The translations under genes and the position numbers were made by a program. A stretch of 64,000 nt of DNA. Source: Macrostomum lignano. Lineage: Eukaryota. The DNA is taken from the NCBI GenBank assembly GCA_002269645.1, contig NIVC01001925.1, forward strand, positions 124,001 to 188,000, read 5' to 3'. Each line of letters begins with the position of its first letter. Positions within the stretch are counted from its first letter, which is position 1. Below, one piece after another: positions 40,678-53,600 of the stretch. The notes under the pieces are model-generated. The model was not told the origin of the DNA, ran no database searches, and saw only the letters and a program-made list of their open reading frames with translations.

Positions 40678-41487
40678 ACTAATGGTATGCGAGCCTACAG
40701 TAAGAAAGCTTTGAAAGAAAGAAATCCAGGAAGATATCGAGTTAACAATAAATCACGTTTCTTTCCTACTAAATCACCTAAAGTCTTCCATTGCTAACGA
40801 ATTCCCTCTTATAGTTAGTTACCTGGCTAATTTTATGCATGTATTCTAATGATATATAAGTTGTGGCGGTCCAATTTCTCAGTAGCTACTAGTACGGTTG
40901 TACAGTAGCAGAACTTCATACCGTACAATGCGAGCGCTTAAAGCAGCGGTGCTGCTAAGCTATAAGCCCCGTTTCCTACTCACTTTTTGTGTATTACCTC
41001 ACTATTTAGAATAGTAAATATTGCTTTAATATATCAACGCTTAGCCTATGCGAAACGATATTATTTCACTCATTTATTTAAGATAAAGTTTGCAGAATTA
41101 TACTTTTTTATTTAATAGTACAATCGAATATATAATAAATAAACGCTACATTTGTTAAGAGTACCTTGTTATCAATATTTTCTATTTTATTTACTAAGAG
41201 TAAACCAAACTGTTAACAAGAAACTAAAAATATTAACACTTGATTACAAGTGATTAAGTGAAAACACATGAAAGATGGATGCAATCAAAATTGGCGTAGC
41301 ATGCATGCGTGTTTATTTGGTGTATTTTGTTGACAGATCAATCTACAATAGCTCGGTTAATAACGGTAGTATTTTTAACCCTAGAGCGATGGATGTCCTA
41401 TTCTATGACATTAAAATGTTCAAAGCAGGAACCACTCAAGTAAGGACGGGAAACCTCCTTTCTTGGAAAGTTTTAGAAGGCAGGCTT

Positions 41488-41900
41488 TTCCGAAAAAATA
41501 CACTACGGAGATAGGAAGTTTTCATTTTTTCAGCACAAAAATTGTGTTATTGCTTTCGGTAGGAGGCAGACCAAATGTTTTTCTTTTGATATGTTGTGCC
41601 TTTCTTATAGCTCTATTAATATTCATATTTTGTTCAGGAAATTAGCGTACTATGTTAATTTTTATTCTTTGTACATTCCCTGTACCCAGAAATAATAAAA
41701 ACGCATGGCACAGATCGACTCTTAACTTTGGTTTCATAAATCTATTTTATCATCTGTTACACGTATTGTTACACAGTCAGCTAAGAATGAAAAAATTGAT
41801 TTATAAAACCAATGAGCTGAACCGAACCGAATCGAAAGCAATAAAAATTTTTGTGCTTAAAAAAAGAAAACTTCCTATCTCCGTAGTGTATTTTTCGGAG
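41488..41900. mobile_element. MITE-like element with ~70-bp inverted repeats
   Basis: ccgaaaaaatacactacggagataggaagttttc...ttattgctttcg (41490-41560) is inverted at 41832-41897. A related sequence lies at ~7480-7590. Family and TSD unresolved. Confidence 0.55.
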
Positions 41901-42011
41901 AAACGAGGTTTATCGTCCTTCTAAGGACTTGAGCAGTCCTTGATTCGAAAGTGTAGAAAGAAAAGCTAAACACAAAATTGCGGTTAACATTGAGTCAACT
42001 AGACAAAGACG

Positions 42012-42596
42012 TCATTTTTTCGGCAATACGAACCGACCGTGCCGGTTTACTTCGGGTTCGCCTAGCGCCTTTGGCGGCGTTGGAAACCTCGCCAATAGCG
42101 CGTTGATCTGCGGCGCCGCCAGCCTGCCGCCAACGCTGCGGCCAGTTTCCGGTTTCTTAATCAGCTCCTTCCGTCGGCGTCGTTTCGCTTCTTCAACTTC
42201 TACGCAGCGTTGGAACGTGCCAATCTGAGCTGTGCACCTGCGCTGATTGTAGTCGGCGCCGTTGAGGCACTCCAATAGGCTGAGCATCTCGTTCACGCAG
42301 ACGGCTCGGAGGCCTTTCTCGCCGCGACCGGAGACGACGTTTCTCAAAGCTGGATGGCGGAGAAACACCGTCGGAAAGGTGCGGGCGATGTCCTCGCGTA
42401 CGGCTTTGGACAGCGGCTTTGTGTCAATGCTGACATTGTGCAGCTCCTCTTCTTGCCGCTGCTGCTGCTTCTGACTACTGGCTGGCATGCCAGCACCAGT
42501 AGCATTTGTAGCAGCGGTCTGTTCAACAGTCTTCTTTAACAATTTGCTTCCAGCGCTAGCGGCCGCTTTGCCGCCAGAAGATGCTGCGGAAGACAT
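42012..42596 (-). CDS. CHCHD1: CHCHD1 / mitoribosomal protein mS37 with N-terminal extension
   Basis: Twin CX9C (CVNEMLSLLEC...CTAQIGTFQRC), preceded by LRNVVSGRGEKG and followed by INALLARFP, as in CHCHD1. The start may be the upstream Met at 42674. Confidence 0.8.
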   Translation of the reverse strand: MSSAASSGGKAAASAGSKLLKKTVEQTAATNATGAGMPASSQKQQQRQEEELHNVSIDTKPLSKAVREDIARTFPTVFLRHPALRNVVSGRGEKGLRAVCVNEMLSLLECLNGADYNQRRCTAQIGTFQRCVEVEEAKRRRRKELIKKPETGRSVGGRLAAPQINALLARFPTPPKALGEPEVNRHGRFVLPKK

Positions 42597-42821
42597 CCGG
42601 GATTTGTATTGGTCTGACTGGATTGAGGATGCGGCAGCTCGGGCATGAATGCGCAATGGGATGAATTTGTCCATGATCCCATCATTCACTGGTCAAAAAT
42701 TATTTAACGCAAACGAGCGAAGTGGATTAGAATTCAAAACACACAAATATGAGACAACAATGAAACTGTCGAATCGTACAACTTACAGTCTATAATAATC
42801 AAAGTCTTGGATCCAAAGATT

Positions 42822-43722
42822 CCACATCTACAATCCCCCCGATACACAGTTCATAGATCTACAATCCCCCCGATACACAGTTCATAGATCTACAATCCCC
42901 CCGATACACAGTTCATAGATCTACAATCCCCCAATACACAGTTCATAGATCTACAATCCCCCCGATACACAGTTCATAGATCTACAATCCCCCCGATACA
43001 CAGTTCATAGATCTACAATCCCCCCGATACACAGTTCATAGATCTACAATCCCCCCGATACACAGTTCATAGATCGATACATAGTTCATAGATCTACAAT
43101 CCTCACAATACACAGTTCATAGATCTACAATCCTCACAATACACAGTTCATAGACCTACAATCCCCCCGATACACAGTCTATAGATCTACATTCCTTTCA
43201 ATACACAGTCCATAGATCTACAATCCTCACAATACACAGTCCATAGATCTACAATCCTCACAATACACAGTCCATAGATTTACAATCCTCACAATACACA
43301 GTCCATAGATCTACAATACCTCAATGCACAGTGCATAGATCTACAATCCCCCCGATACACAGTCCATAGATCTACATTCCTTTCAATACACAGTCCATAG
43401 ATCTACAATCCTCACAATACACAGTCCATAGATCTACAATACCTCAATGCACAGTGCATAGATCTACAATCCCCCCGATACACAGTCCATAGATCTACAA
43501 TCCTCACAATACACAGTTAATAGATCTACAATCCTCACAATACACAGTCCATAGACCTACAATCCCCCCGATACACAGTCTATAGATCTACATTCCTTTC
43601 AATACACAGTCCATAGATCTACAATCCTCACAATACACAGTCCATAGATCTACAATCCTCACAATACACAGTCCATAGATCTACAATCCTCACAATAGAC
43701 AGTCCATAGATCTACAATCCCC
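42822..43722. repeat. ~31-bp minisatellite between POLR3C and CHCHD1
   Basis: agatctacaatccccccgatacacagttcat units. Confidence 0.95.
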
Positions 43723-43968
43723 TCAGTTGGACACCTGAATCGAATATTAACTACTAAAACATTGTTTAAAATTGTTTGATAAGTTAAAAAAAATTAATTT
43801 AAACGGACTCAGTAAAAATTAATTGGCGAAATGCTTAGCAAACAAGGCAATGTATATTTTTTGCTTGAGCACACAAAAGTTACGTCATAATTAAGTGACC
43901 TGACACTCGTGACTGCATAAATCCACAATGCTAAGAAGCAAACGAACTTGAATTTTAGGGTTTGCTGT

Positions 43969-45814
43969 TCAATTGTGCTGACTAGCGAACTCAAGAAACA
44001 ATTCGTACAGAAAGATATTCTCTTCTAGGAGAAGCTCCCCAGCGCGAAGAGCGGTGCGGCTTCGCTTCAGGGTCTCCAGCTGCTCCCGTTCCGGCGGCGT
44101 CAGCAGCTGAGCAGCCTGAGCTCGTTGCTCGCTTAGCTCGGCCGATGCGTCCGAGTTCCCGGCCGAATCGGCGGCCGAGATTTGAGCATCGAGATTTTTT
44201 AAAAGCTCTTTGACGCGCTGCCTCTTGTCCAGCAGGCGCCGGTTGGTGGCCACCTCGGCAAGGCGGCGGGTGAGCAGCCGGTCCTGAGCAGTGAGGGGCG
44301 GTTGAGAAGGGACGACTCTTTGTGCCGAATTGAGTAGCTTAAAGTGAGATTCTTTGAGGGACTGAGTAGCTTGAAGTGAGATTCATTGAGAGATTGAGTA
44401 GCTTGAAGTGAGATTCATTGAGGGATTGAGTAGCTTGAAGTGAGATTCATTGAGATTGAGTAGCTTGAAGTGAGATTCATTGAGATTGAGTAGCTTGAAG
44501 TGAGATTCATTGAGATTGAGTAGCTTAAAGTGAGATTCATTGAGTGATTGAGCAGCTTAAAGTGAGAATCTGAGAGACTGAGTAGCTTAAAGTGAGATTC
44601 TTTGAGAGACTGAGTAGCTTGAAGTGAGATTCATTGAGATTGAGTAGCTTAAAGTGAGATTTATTGAGGGATTGAGTAGCTTGAAGTGAGATTCATTGAG
44701 ATTGAGTAGCTTAAAGTGAGATTTATTGAGGGATTGAGTAGCTTGAAGTGAGATTCATTGAGGGATTGAGTAGCTTAAAGTGAGATTTATTGAGGTATTG
44801 AGTAGCTTGAAGTGAGATTCATTGAGATTGAGTAGCTTAAAGTGAGATTTATTGAGGGATTGAGTAGCTTGAAGTGGGATTCATTCAGAGACTGAGTAGC
44901 TTAAAGTAAGAATCTTTGAGATTGAGTAGCTTAAAGTGAGAATCTTTGAGAGACTGAGTAGCTTAAAGTGAGATTCTTTAAGAGACTGAGTAGCTTAAAG
45001 TGAGATTCTTTAAGAGACTGAGCAGCTTAAAGTGAGATTCTGTGAGTGATTGAGCAGCTTAAAGTGAGATTCTGTGAGTGATTGAGCAGCTTAAAGTGAA
45101 ATTCTTTGAGGGACTGAGTAGCTTAAAGTGAGATTCTTTGATACATTGAATAACTTAAGACGATTTTAAGTATTTCGTCTTGGCCTAGGTGACATCATAC
45201 AAGCCCGTTTTACCTGATAAGCGTGCATGTTGAGCAGCAGTTTCCTGGTTGTCTGCTCTAAATTAACGTGAAACAAATAGTAGGCGGTGTTGGGCCGGGG
45301 GTTCATGAAGTCGGCGGCCCGGCTGAGCTCGGCGCAGTGGACGAAGCCGTCAACCAGCAGGCGGTAGAGCAGCTCCTTGCAGTCGCGGCCGCCGATCAGG
45401 ACGTGCGACTCCAGCTCCGCCTGGGTGAGATTCGGCTCCTCGGACAGCGCATTGAACACTCGGACGGCCTTGTCGCCGAGGCGTTGGCGAATCACCGCGG
45501 CTACGGACTGGCGAGTGAGGCTGAAAATGGCGCGCCTGAACAGAATGCGGAACTGGCCGCCCGCTGCGCCCGACTGCCGCTCGATGAAGCCGTCTTCTGC
45601 CAGGCTGGACAGGTGCTGGTCCAGCTGGGCGGGGAGGCAGGTGAAAATGTTGATAGATAATAGATAAAAGACAGAAAGACAGACAGCCAGACAGGCAGAT
45701 ACTAAGAAAGACAGACAGCCAGACAGACAGACAGAAGTCAGTCAGACAGACAGACAGACAGACAGACGGACAGACAGTCAGTCAGACAGACAGACAGACA
45801 GAAGTTAGTCAGTC

Positions 45815-45855
<41 letters not shown>

Positions 45856-48800
45856 GGCAGGCAGACAGACAGACCAACAGACAGGCAGACAGACAGACAG
45901 ACCAACAGACAGGCAGACAGACAGACAGACAGACAGACAGGCAGGCAGGCAGACAGACAGACCAACAGACAGGCACACAAACATTCTCACCCCAGATCTG
46001 GCATCGCCGGCAGCGGAGGCGGCCAACTGGGCCACAATGTCGGCATGTGCCAACACCTCGGACTCGGCGGACTGCGCGTGACCCAGCCGGACCCTCTCGT
46101 CCACAATGTCCAGCATGGCGGCAAGCACGCGGCTCGCCTGGGCGCCGAGAACGGACGCCGCGGCCCTGGTGAGGATCGAATCGCGCCAACGGAATCGGAG
46201 CTGCTGCGCGTTGGCCGAGAATTCCTGCGCTGCCTCCTCAGGACGACGGGCGTCGGCAACTGATGTGGTCTCGGCGGCGACTCGGGGGCGCTTGGCAGGC
46301 GGTTCCTGTTGTGGGGGCCGGGATTTGCACCGGGACTGTTACTGGATTCTCACCTGGCATCTCTCTCTCCTTTGGCATTTCTCTCACCTGTCATCTTTCT
46401 CTCACCTGGCCTCTCTCTCATTTGGCATCTCTCTCTCACCTGGCCTCTCTCTCACTTGGCATCTCTCTTACTTGGCATCTCTCTTACTTGGCATCTCTCT
46501 CTCTAGTCTCTTACCTGGCATCCCTTTTTCACCTTGAATCTCATTCCCATTGGCCATCGATACATACATCAATGTTTTCCATCTTTTTCCCCTTTGGCAT
46601 CCCACTGTCAACAATCCAATCCTACAGGGCCAACAAAAACAGTTTTTTTAAATTGATTTTCCGCACACACCAGCGACTCGTTGGACAGTTTAACAGCCGG
46701 CCCCAGCGACTCTCGAATATGTCGAAGAGCGGCCTCTCGCTCAGCCCGACTCAACGGGGCGAACGGCTTTTCAACGCGATAAATCTTGCTGCTGCCAATG
46801 ACGTCATCATCTTCGAACTCGTCGTCGTCTTCGAGACGGCCGCCGCTGCCACATCCGCTGTTGTCAGCAACTGGCAGCGGGGGGACAACGGAGCCGCGGC
46901 GTTGAATAAATCGCAGCTCCAACAGGCTGGCGAAGGCGTTCAATGCGCGCAGTCCGGGATCCACGGCGGCTGGTGCCGCTGCGGCGCTAGAGGAAGCTTC
47001 ATCCTCTTCGGCAAGTCGCTTAGCAACGGTTGCTAGGCAGGCTAGGAGGCCCAGCCGGCCAGAGTACAGCAGCTCCTCGATTACCAGCTCGGCAGCGTGG
47101 CCCAGCTGAGTTCGAGTCAGGCAGAGAAAAGCTGGAGCTCGATTCAGCACTCGAACTTGCGCCCAGTTGATCGAATATTCAATGGCTGAGTCTTTGCGTC
47201 GACTCAAAATTAACAGGTCGTGTGTGAGCAGCAGAGTCAGGCACTGTTGCACCTGGTTAAATATTAGTTTGAGTGGATTGAGGCTTTTTTTATTAGAGGC
47301 AGGGGGGTTGTGTGCATCCTGGCGCACTTTAAGCGACATAGGCACACTTGCTGCCCATTGCTGCCCATTCCGCCGACTCCCCTGAGCAGGCACACAAGCG
47401 CGCGGATACGTACGCAGGCACACACTCACACAGGAGTGTACAGCAGCCCTAACTTTATATTATTGTTACGTACACTTCACTGCGCCTTGGGGGGTTGGCT
47501 TTCAAGGCTGTTAATTGCACAAGCAGAGCCAAGCCGAGATTCCAATTCAGCCCCAAATTAATGTGGCTGCACTTGGAATCGAGCCTGGGTTGCTGGCACA
47601 CCAGAGCAGCTGCGCTACCACTGGGCTACGGCCTCCCTAGATTGAGGCTAACCTAACGATTAGTATATACCTGTATGATAAATTACCACTGCAACCAAAA
47701 TTTCCCATATCCATATTCATAGCTAATTAATTTCCTATTACTTGCCATTACTTTATTATCATTCTCTACATAGTGCCCAATGTGGGACTATATTTCACTA
47801 TAATATAATAAGGAAATATAGAATAATAGCAATAGCTTAACCTATCACTAATTAATTGTCTCATTTATTAATTGTGCAAGAAATATGGATGGGACTGCAC
47901 TGCATTCATCTTGATTTTAGCCATCACCAATCACAATGTGTATATAGCATAAAAATCTGTTGCTTGAAACTGGCTACATTTGTTTATTTCCATTGTCTTG
48001 TCCCTTTCACCACCTATAAAATCAAGGGCTATAATAGATCTGGTAGTCTTAGCTATTAAATGGCTAATATTATTAGACATAGGAATTGTGTTTCTATAAA
48101 CATCCATATCTATATATTCTACCTTAAAGATTAGTTAAGAATAAAAAAGTTTGTTATACTTGTTTGACACTTTATAATTATAATGACCTTATATGCTAAA
48201 AATATAAGAACCATTTTTGTAACTTTTTTAAGTGTTTAAAAAATTGGTTTTTATAAAGAATGACATTATATATTTTTTCATATTAACATCAAAAGATCCT
48301 AATAAGATAGGCCCTACAAATATAAGATAACAAAAGATATTGGCATCCCAATCAAACCTAGCTAGAATCTCTAAATATATATTTTAAAAAATTCTCTCTA
48401 TGAAATAGTATTTTTCACTTTCTTCTAATTTATATTTGCTTTTTATTTTATTCAACTGCATTTCAAAGTTAGGCCTACCCATTTGCAAAAAAACTAGTTT
48501 TTATTGCAATCTGCCTTTTGATTATGATTGCTAGCATTGGCATTATTAAATAATGCCAATGCTAGCAATGGCAAGTCATGGGATTCTTGTTGATAAATCT
48601 TATTGAAATTTATAATCAAAATGATATATATGGTTATAAAAGAATAATTTTTAACTTTTAGAAATCATATAAATAGATATTTCAATATGAAATTGTCTTG
48701 ATTGAAACAACATTTCAATTTTCTAAGACTTTCTAGCCCCTAGGCATACTTTAAAAAGCTCAGTTTAGCTTAATAGTGCATTAAAAATAGGCCTAACCAT

Positions 48801-49161
48801 AATAAAAATATTTAAAAAGCTTATTCATTTGATTATGACAATGTACAAATTTATAAATTAATATATAAAATTCAAAATACTGGCTTACCATTTGTAAAAC
48901 TTGATTATTTGTGCTCATAGTTTCAAAAGCAAGAGATGGGCTACTTTTTTCAAAGTATTTTAAAAGTCTTAAAGATGATGAATGTGCAAGATTTTCTGCT
49001 GGAAAAAATGAGACTTTTTCACTTGGTAGCCTAAACTGCTGCATGATCATTTGTAGTGGTGATTTGCTATTTTTGCTAATGTAGAGAAAGACTGCAGCAG
49101 TTTCAGGGCCAAGGTGGACCCTTAAAAACGAGGTAATTTGATCAACAGCACTAACTGCCAT
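43969..49161 (-). CDS. POLR3C: RNA polymerase III subunit RPC3/RPC62, 5 exons, ~589 aa
   Basis: Exons 49015-49161, 46671-47252, 45991-46305, 45214-45624, 43969-44283, all phase 0. Peptides AELVIEELLYSG, EPPAKRPR, LDQHLSSLAED, CKELLYRLL, YYLFHVNL and LTPPEREQLETLKR align with remembered RPC62 motifs. The exon-1 donor (AAA|GTCTCA) is weak. Confidence 0.88.
44330..45145. repeat. ~30-32-bp minisatellite in POLR3C intron 4
   Basis: gagtagcttaaagtgagattcattgagatt units. Confidence 0.95.
45665..45975. repeat. Degenerate (CAGA)n microsatellite in POLR3C intron 3
   Basis: Visible tetramer run. Confidence 0.93.
47286..47639 (-). mobile_element. tRNA-derived SINE, copy 3, in POLR3C intron 1 (10-bp TSD GATTGAGGCT)
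   Basis: TSD at 47276-47285 and 47640-47649. A and B boxes in the head. AATAAA plus A-tail. Confidence 0.85.
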
Positions 49162-50636
49162 AGTTATTTTTTGCTATCCTAAATCATAATTCTACACCAA
49201 TTTATCTATGGTACTTTTTAAATTTCCAATAAGTCTAAGTCCTACATATTTATTCGATGCATTCTTAAATTCTAACCTAACATTTTATACATTTGTATTA
49301 TATTATGACTAATGCTATATGCAAATTTAATAAACGAGCAATTTCTTATTAAAAACGATTACATGACCACCTCCATGAGGACTCGGACTCATTTTTTACT
49401 TGACGGAACTAACATTCGGCTTAGCAACATGCCAAGCCGTTTTGTTGGTTTTTAGTCTTAATTATTTTGCTGAAGTTTTTAAGCCAATAAATCCGAGTCA
49501 CTTTCTAAAGTTATTTACATTTTTTACTTTGCGTTTGAGATAAACTTTGTTTAAACGGACTATTGTTTACAAAGGATGCAGGCAACAACGTCTAAAATTT
49601 AACATGAAAAATTTGTTCACTTTGTTCACACTAGCTAACTGTGCAGAGCGGCTGTTCTCGAAGCAAATAATGAATTCGAAAAATAACTAAAGGTAAGAAA
49701 AAATAAATATTAAAATTCATTTTTGGGAAATCTCTGGTTGGAATCGCTATGGCGTTTACTATTACATGTTTCTAGCACAGCATTTGAGTACAATGTGGAA
49801 TCCCATACTTAAGAAACGCTAACTCCTTAAAAAAATTTTATTCCTGGAGCCCAAAATTAGTAGTAGGTCTTAATTACTACATCTCCTAAGTTTGACTTTC
49901 CAAGTTTCTATTAGGTTTTTTTTCTGCGACTTCATGCAACCATGTTCATATAATTTCACATGGCTATTAAAACATTCCAGGTTGCCATAAACTCCAGAAT
50001 TCATAAGATCGATTTGATATGGATAATCATCCAATGTATGTTTATCTTTCTTTAACAACGAATATTTATTAAAAATTATGTAACCTTTGCTAGCCGTTAC
50101 CTGCCTTTTATTTATTCATCTTGTTGTCTCCGTACTACGAGCTATCTTATTTTCTCTCATAGTCATAGGAACTGCTTCAATGCAAAACAAAATCATAATT
50201 AAAATTCGACTTATACAATTCAAATTGATCCGAAGAAGTTTCAGTTGCAGTTCTGATTATTTTATTAACTGAACCAGCCACTGGTACCTTAACTATTTAT
50301 TATTTAATGTCGTGTTACAAACTATACAAAACACCTGCTAGATGCACATTAATCACAACCCCCAAAGATCTGTCTAAATTGCGCTATCTACTAACAAGCA
50401 ATCAATTTTTCTATGCTGTTGGTTTGGTTGATTTTCCATGATAAATATTACTCGCCTGTACAGAATATTAATTGAAGTATTAATTCATTCACTTTAATTT
50501 TTTATTGCAACAACAAATACGAATTTATCTTTTTATTTTGACATATTTTGACAAAAAGTCCAGTTTAAGTAGCTTAAATTGTTTACAATGATTCTCACAT
50601 ATTAAATTGATAACCGAAAGAGGGAAGTGAACAGAA

Positions 50637-53600
50637 ATGCGTGTGCAGATGCAGATGCAGCTCAGGTTTGAGGAGCAGTGATCAGCTAGAACTGGAAGGA
50701 CTGCATAAAATACCTTTAAAAAGCACTACGTGGAATATTTTGCCCTATATTTCGAGCAGCACCCTGCTGGAGCGGAACGGCAGTTTCTACCCCTCAGTGG
50801 AGCCCAGCTGGTCGCAGCAAGCAGCAGCAGCAGCAGCCGGCAGAGACCTGGATTATTCTCCGTACGCCAGGGCCGCTCCGGCGGCCGCCGCTCGTGTGGA
50901 TGAATTCGACCTGATCCGGGCGAGTCACGTGCTCACAAGGCCGCCACCGGCTCCGGGTGGGCAGCACCAGCACCGCGGCATGATGATTAGCCGGCCGCGG
51001 TCGCCAGCGGTCTCGTTGGGCAGCCTGCAGCAGCAGCAGCAGGTGAACCGGAGAAGCGGTTCGGCACCGTCGCTGAAACGGAAAGCGCCGCCGTATGCAG
51101 GTGAGGCTCGAGTCTATAACTGATTGGCCTGTCTGGCAAATTTCATCACCACCTGAGCTAGCTCATCTCAGCTCATGGGATTTTGCATCGGTATCGATAA
51201 GTCTCTTAGTGATTGAGAGGCATGGCGGGCAGTGGACGCTTGTGGCAAAGGCTCTGGACCAGTCCAGGGGTCCAGAGGGCAAGATGCTCACGGGTTCGTA
51301 GATCTCATCGAAAGCCCGAGATGGTGCAGCTGATCCTTGTTAAAGGCTGGGCATTGGCAGACAAAATTCTGGGAATTTTTATTGTCTAGGCCACAGAAGG
51401 GGTTAAGTTCGCTAATGAGGTTTGCACGGAGGAGGTACGAGCGTATCACTAAGCAACTTAAAAGCAAAGGACAAATGAATAGAGTGAACGGGATGTGGAG
51501 CTTCTAGGAAAACTTTTAAATGTTCGTCTTTAAAGACAAGATTTTATTGGAGGCCAAAATAAGAGACAATAGAACTTTGTTGCTATCTACTAGTATTTTT
51601 GAGTCAGGAAATAAGGTGTGAACATGAACTCTTTCTTCACATTTAAAACATTTTTTCACAAGCAATCAAAAGCCTGGCATTTGATCGACTCCATATCGAT
51701 CAAAGTCTCGGAAACGGAAAGGCTTTGTCGCATCCTGATTGTGCACATGAAATTTCTGTGTCAGATATAGAATGAGGGACAGTCCCTTCTGTCTCTGTCT
51801 CACTCTGCTCAATCTGGCCGCGCCAGTCTTCAAAGTGTTTCTTTGGGAAACGTGGCACATTAAAAAAACACATCCAATTATTTTTCGGCCATCCGCAGAG
51901 CGAGTGTCCACAAACCCGCGCATTGACGCGGGCTTCGGCCCCGACCTCAAGGCAGCCTCCCCCCTGGCCGGCTACTCCGCCCTGTGCGATCCCCATCTGG
52001 TGGAATACTTCGATCGTAAATTTACTAGCGCAGCCGGTGGCGCCGTGCAGGTGTGCTCAACTAAGCGCGAGTTCGGTCGACACGGCGAAGCTGAGCATAT
52101 TGGCCTGCGGCCGAGATCCAGGTGAGACTTGTTGGACCAATTCCTTAACTTTGATCCATAGTACGCTCGGATGCAGGTGTGTGCAGGGGGCCGTCTGTAC
52201 AGTGCTGAGACTGTGAAGGGTCGCAACTTGCATTCTTTTGCAGTGTGAACTAAGCTGAGCTGGCTTAACTTTCCACTCAATCACTCACGATGGCTGCACT
52301 GGGCTAGTGATCAATTCTGAGTACTACACGATTCAGGATCTCAATTCTCAACTGAATCCAGTTCTAGATGCTGTGTCAGAATTTCTGGTTTAGGTCTGCT
52401 TACCAAAAATAATCAAGCTCAGTAAACAGCGTCTCTTGATTGTTCTTTAACCATCAAACAACTTTCGATGCGACAGCCAGCACCGCTGTACACCATGTGC
52501 TAGTGTGCCTTCCAATGTGTCTGTTAGCGTGATCAGGGGTCAGCAGAACGGGCATGACTGCGTGCCTCCTTGCTGGCTGTGAGTCAGCTTGACCATCTAA
52601 CAAACCAACCATAAAACTGCCACCCGCATGCAGATCGGAGGCGCTGATCCGTCGCGATTTCACCTACAAGGTGTCCGTCACCACCAGCGACGCCAATGGT
52701 TCCGGCACGGACGCGCCCGTCTACTTCGCCATGCGCGGCACCCTGGGCCTGATGCCGCGGCGCCGGCTGGCCAAGAAGACTTCAACAGCCAAGCGGGCCC
52801 GGTTTCGATTCAGTCGAGGCTCGACTCAGACGTTCCGGTTTAACCTGCCAGATCTGGGCGATCTGGAGTCCGTGTCTATCGAGGTAGCTTTTCCTAGCAT
52901 CCTACCGCACTATTAGTGCCTTGCAAAATACTAATTAATCAGCAGCTTACATTGTACGTCTAAAGGGTTGCTGGCTCCCGCTATTTGTTTGAAAGGCGGT
53001 GAGGCCGTGGTCAGAAAGGCGGTAGTCAGTCCAGATCACGTTCAGTATATCTAACTACGAGCGTAAGCCTAACTAATGAGGTTCTGTTGTTTTCGCAACG
53101 CACTGGCTTTTTAGCCGACCAATTATTAATCACTATGCGTGCACGATCATAGATAGTCATAAAAAACATTAAAAGTCGAGATAGTACAGTAGAAGCAAGG
53201 ATACAATCAAGGTAGAAGCTAGGTGTATGGTACAGCATTCGCATCAACTGAATTCTCTCAATTTGACTCGCCAGCACACCGGCATTGAGGAGCGGGACAG
53301 CTGGCTGCTGCAGAGCATCGAGGTCACCAACCTGCAGACAAAACGCTGCTGGATGTTCCTCAACAACCACTGGCTTTCGCTCTACAAAGAGGACGGTCAA
53401 ACTTGTCGGGAACTTTTTGCTGTGCGCTGCACGAAGACCAGCTACGAGGTGGTGGTGGTCACCGGGGACCAGGAGGGCGCAGGCACGGACTCGCAAGCCT
53501 TCATCACAATCTACGGTCGGACGGGCATCACCAGGAAGCTGGCTCTGAAGACGCCAGACAACGAGAATCCGGTGTTCCGTCGCAACTCAACGCAACGCTT

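Noticed and set aside
48880-48900. Stronger alternative donor (ATG|GTAAGC) for POLR3C exon 1
   Set aside because: It would insert ~40 non-homologous residues. The 49-codon exon ending at 49015 aligns directly with exon 2, although RNA-seq is needed to settle it.
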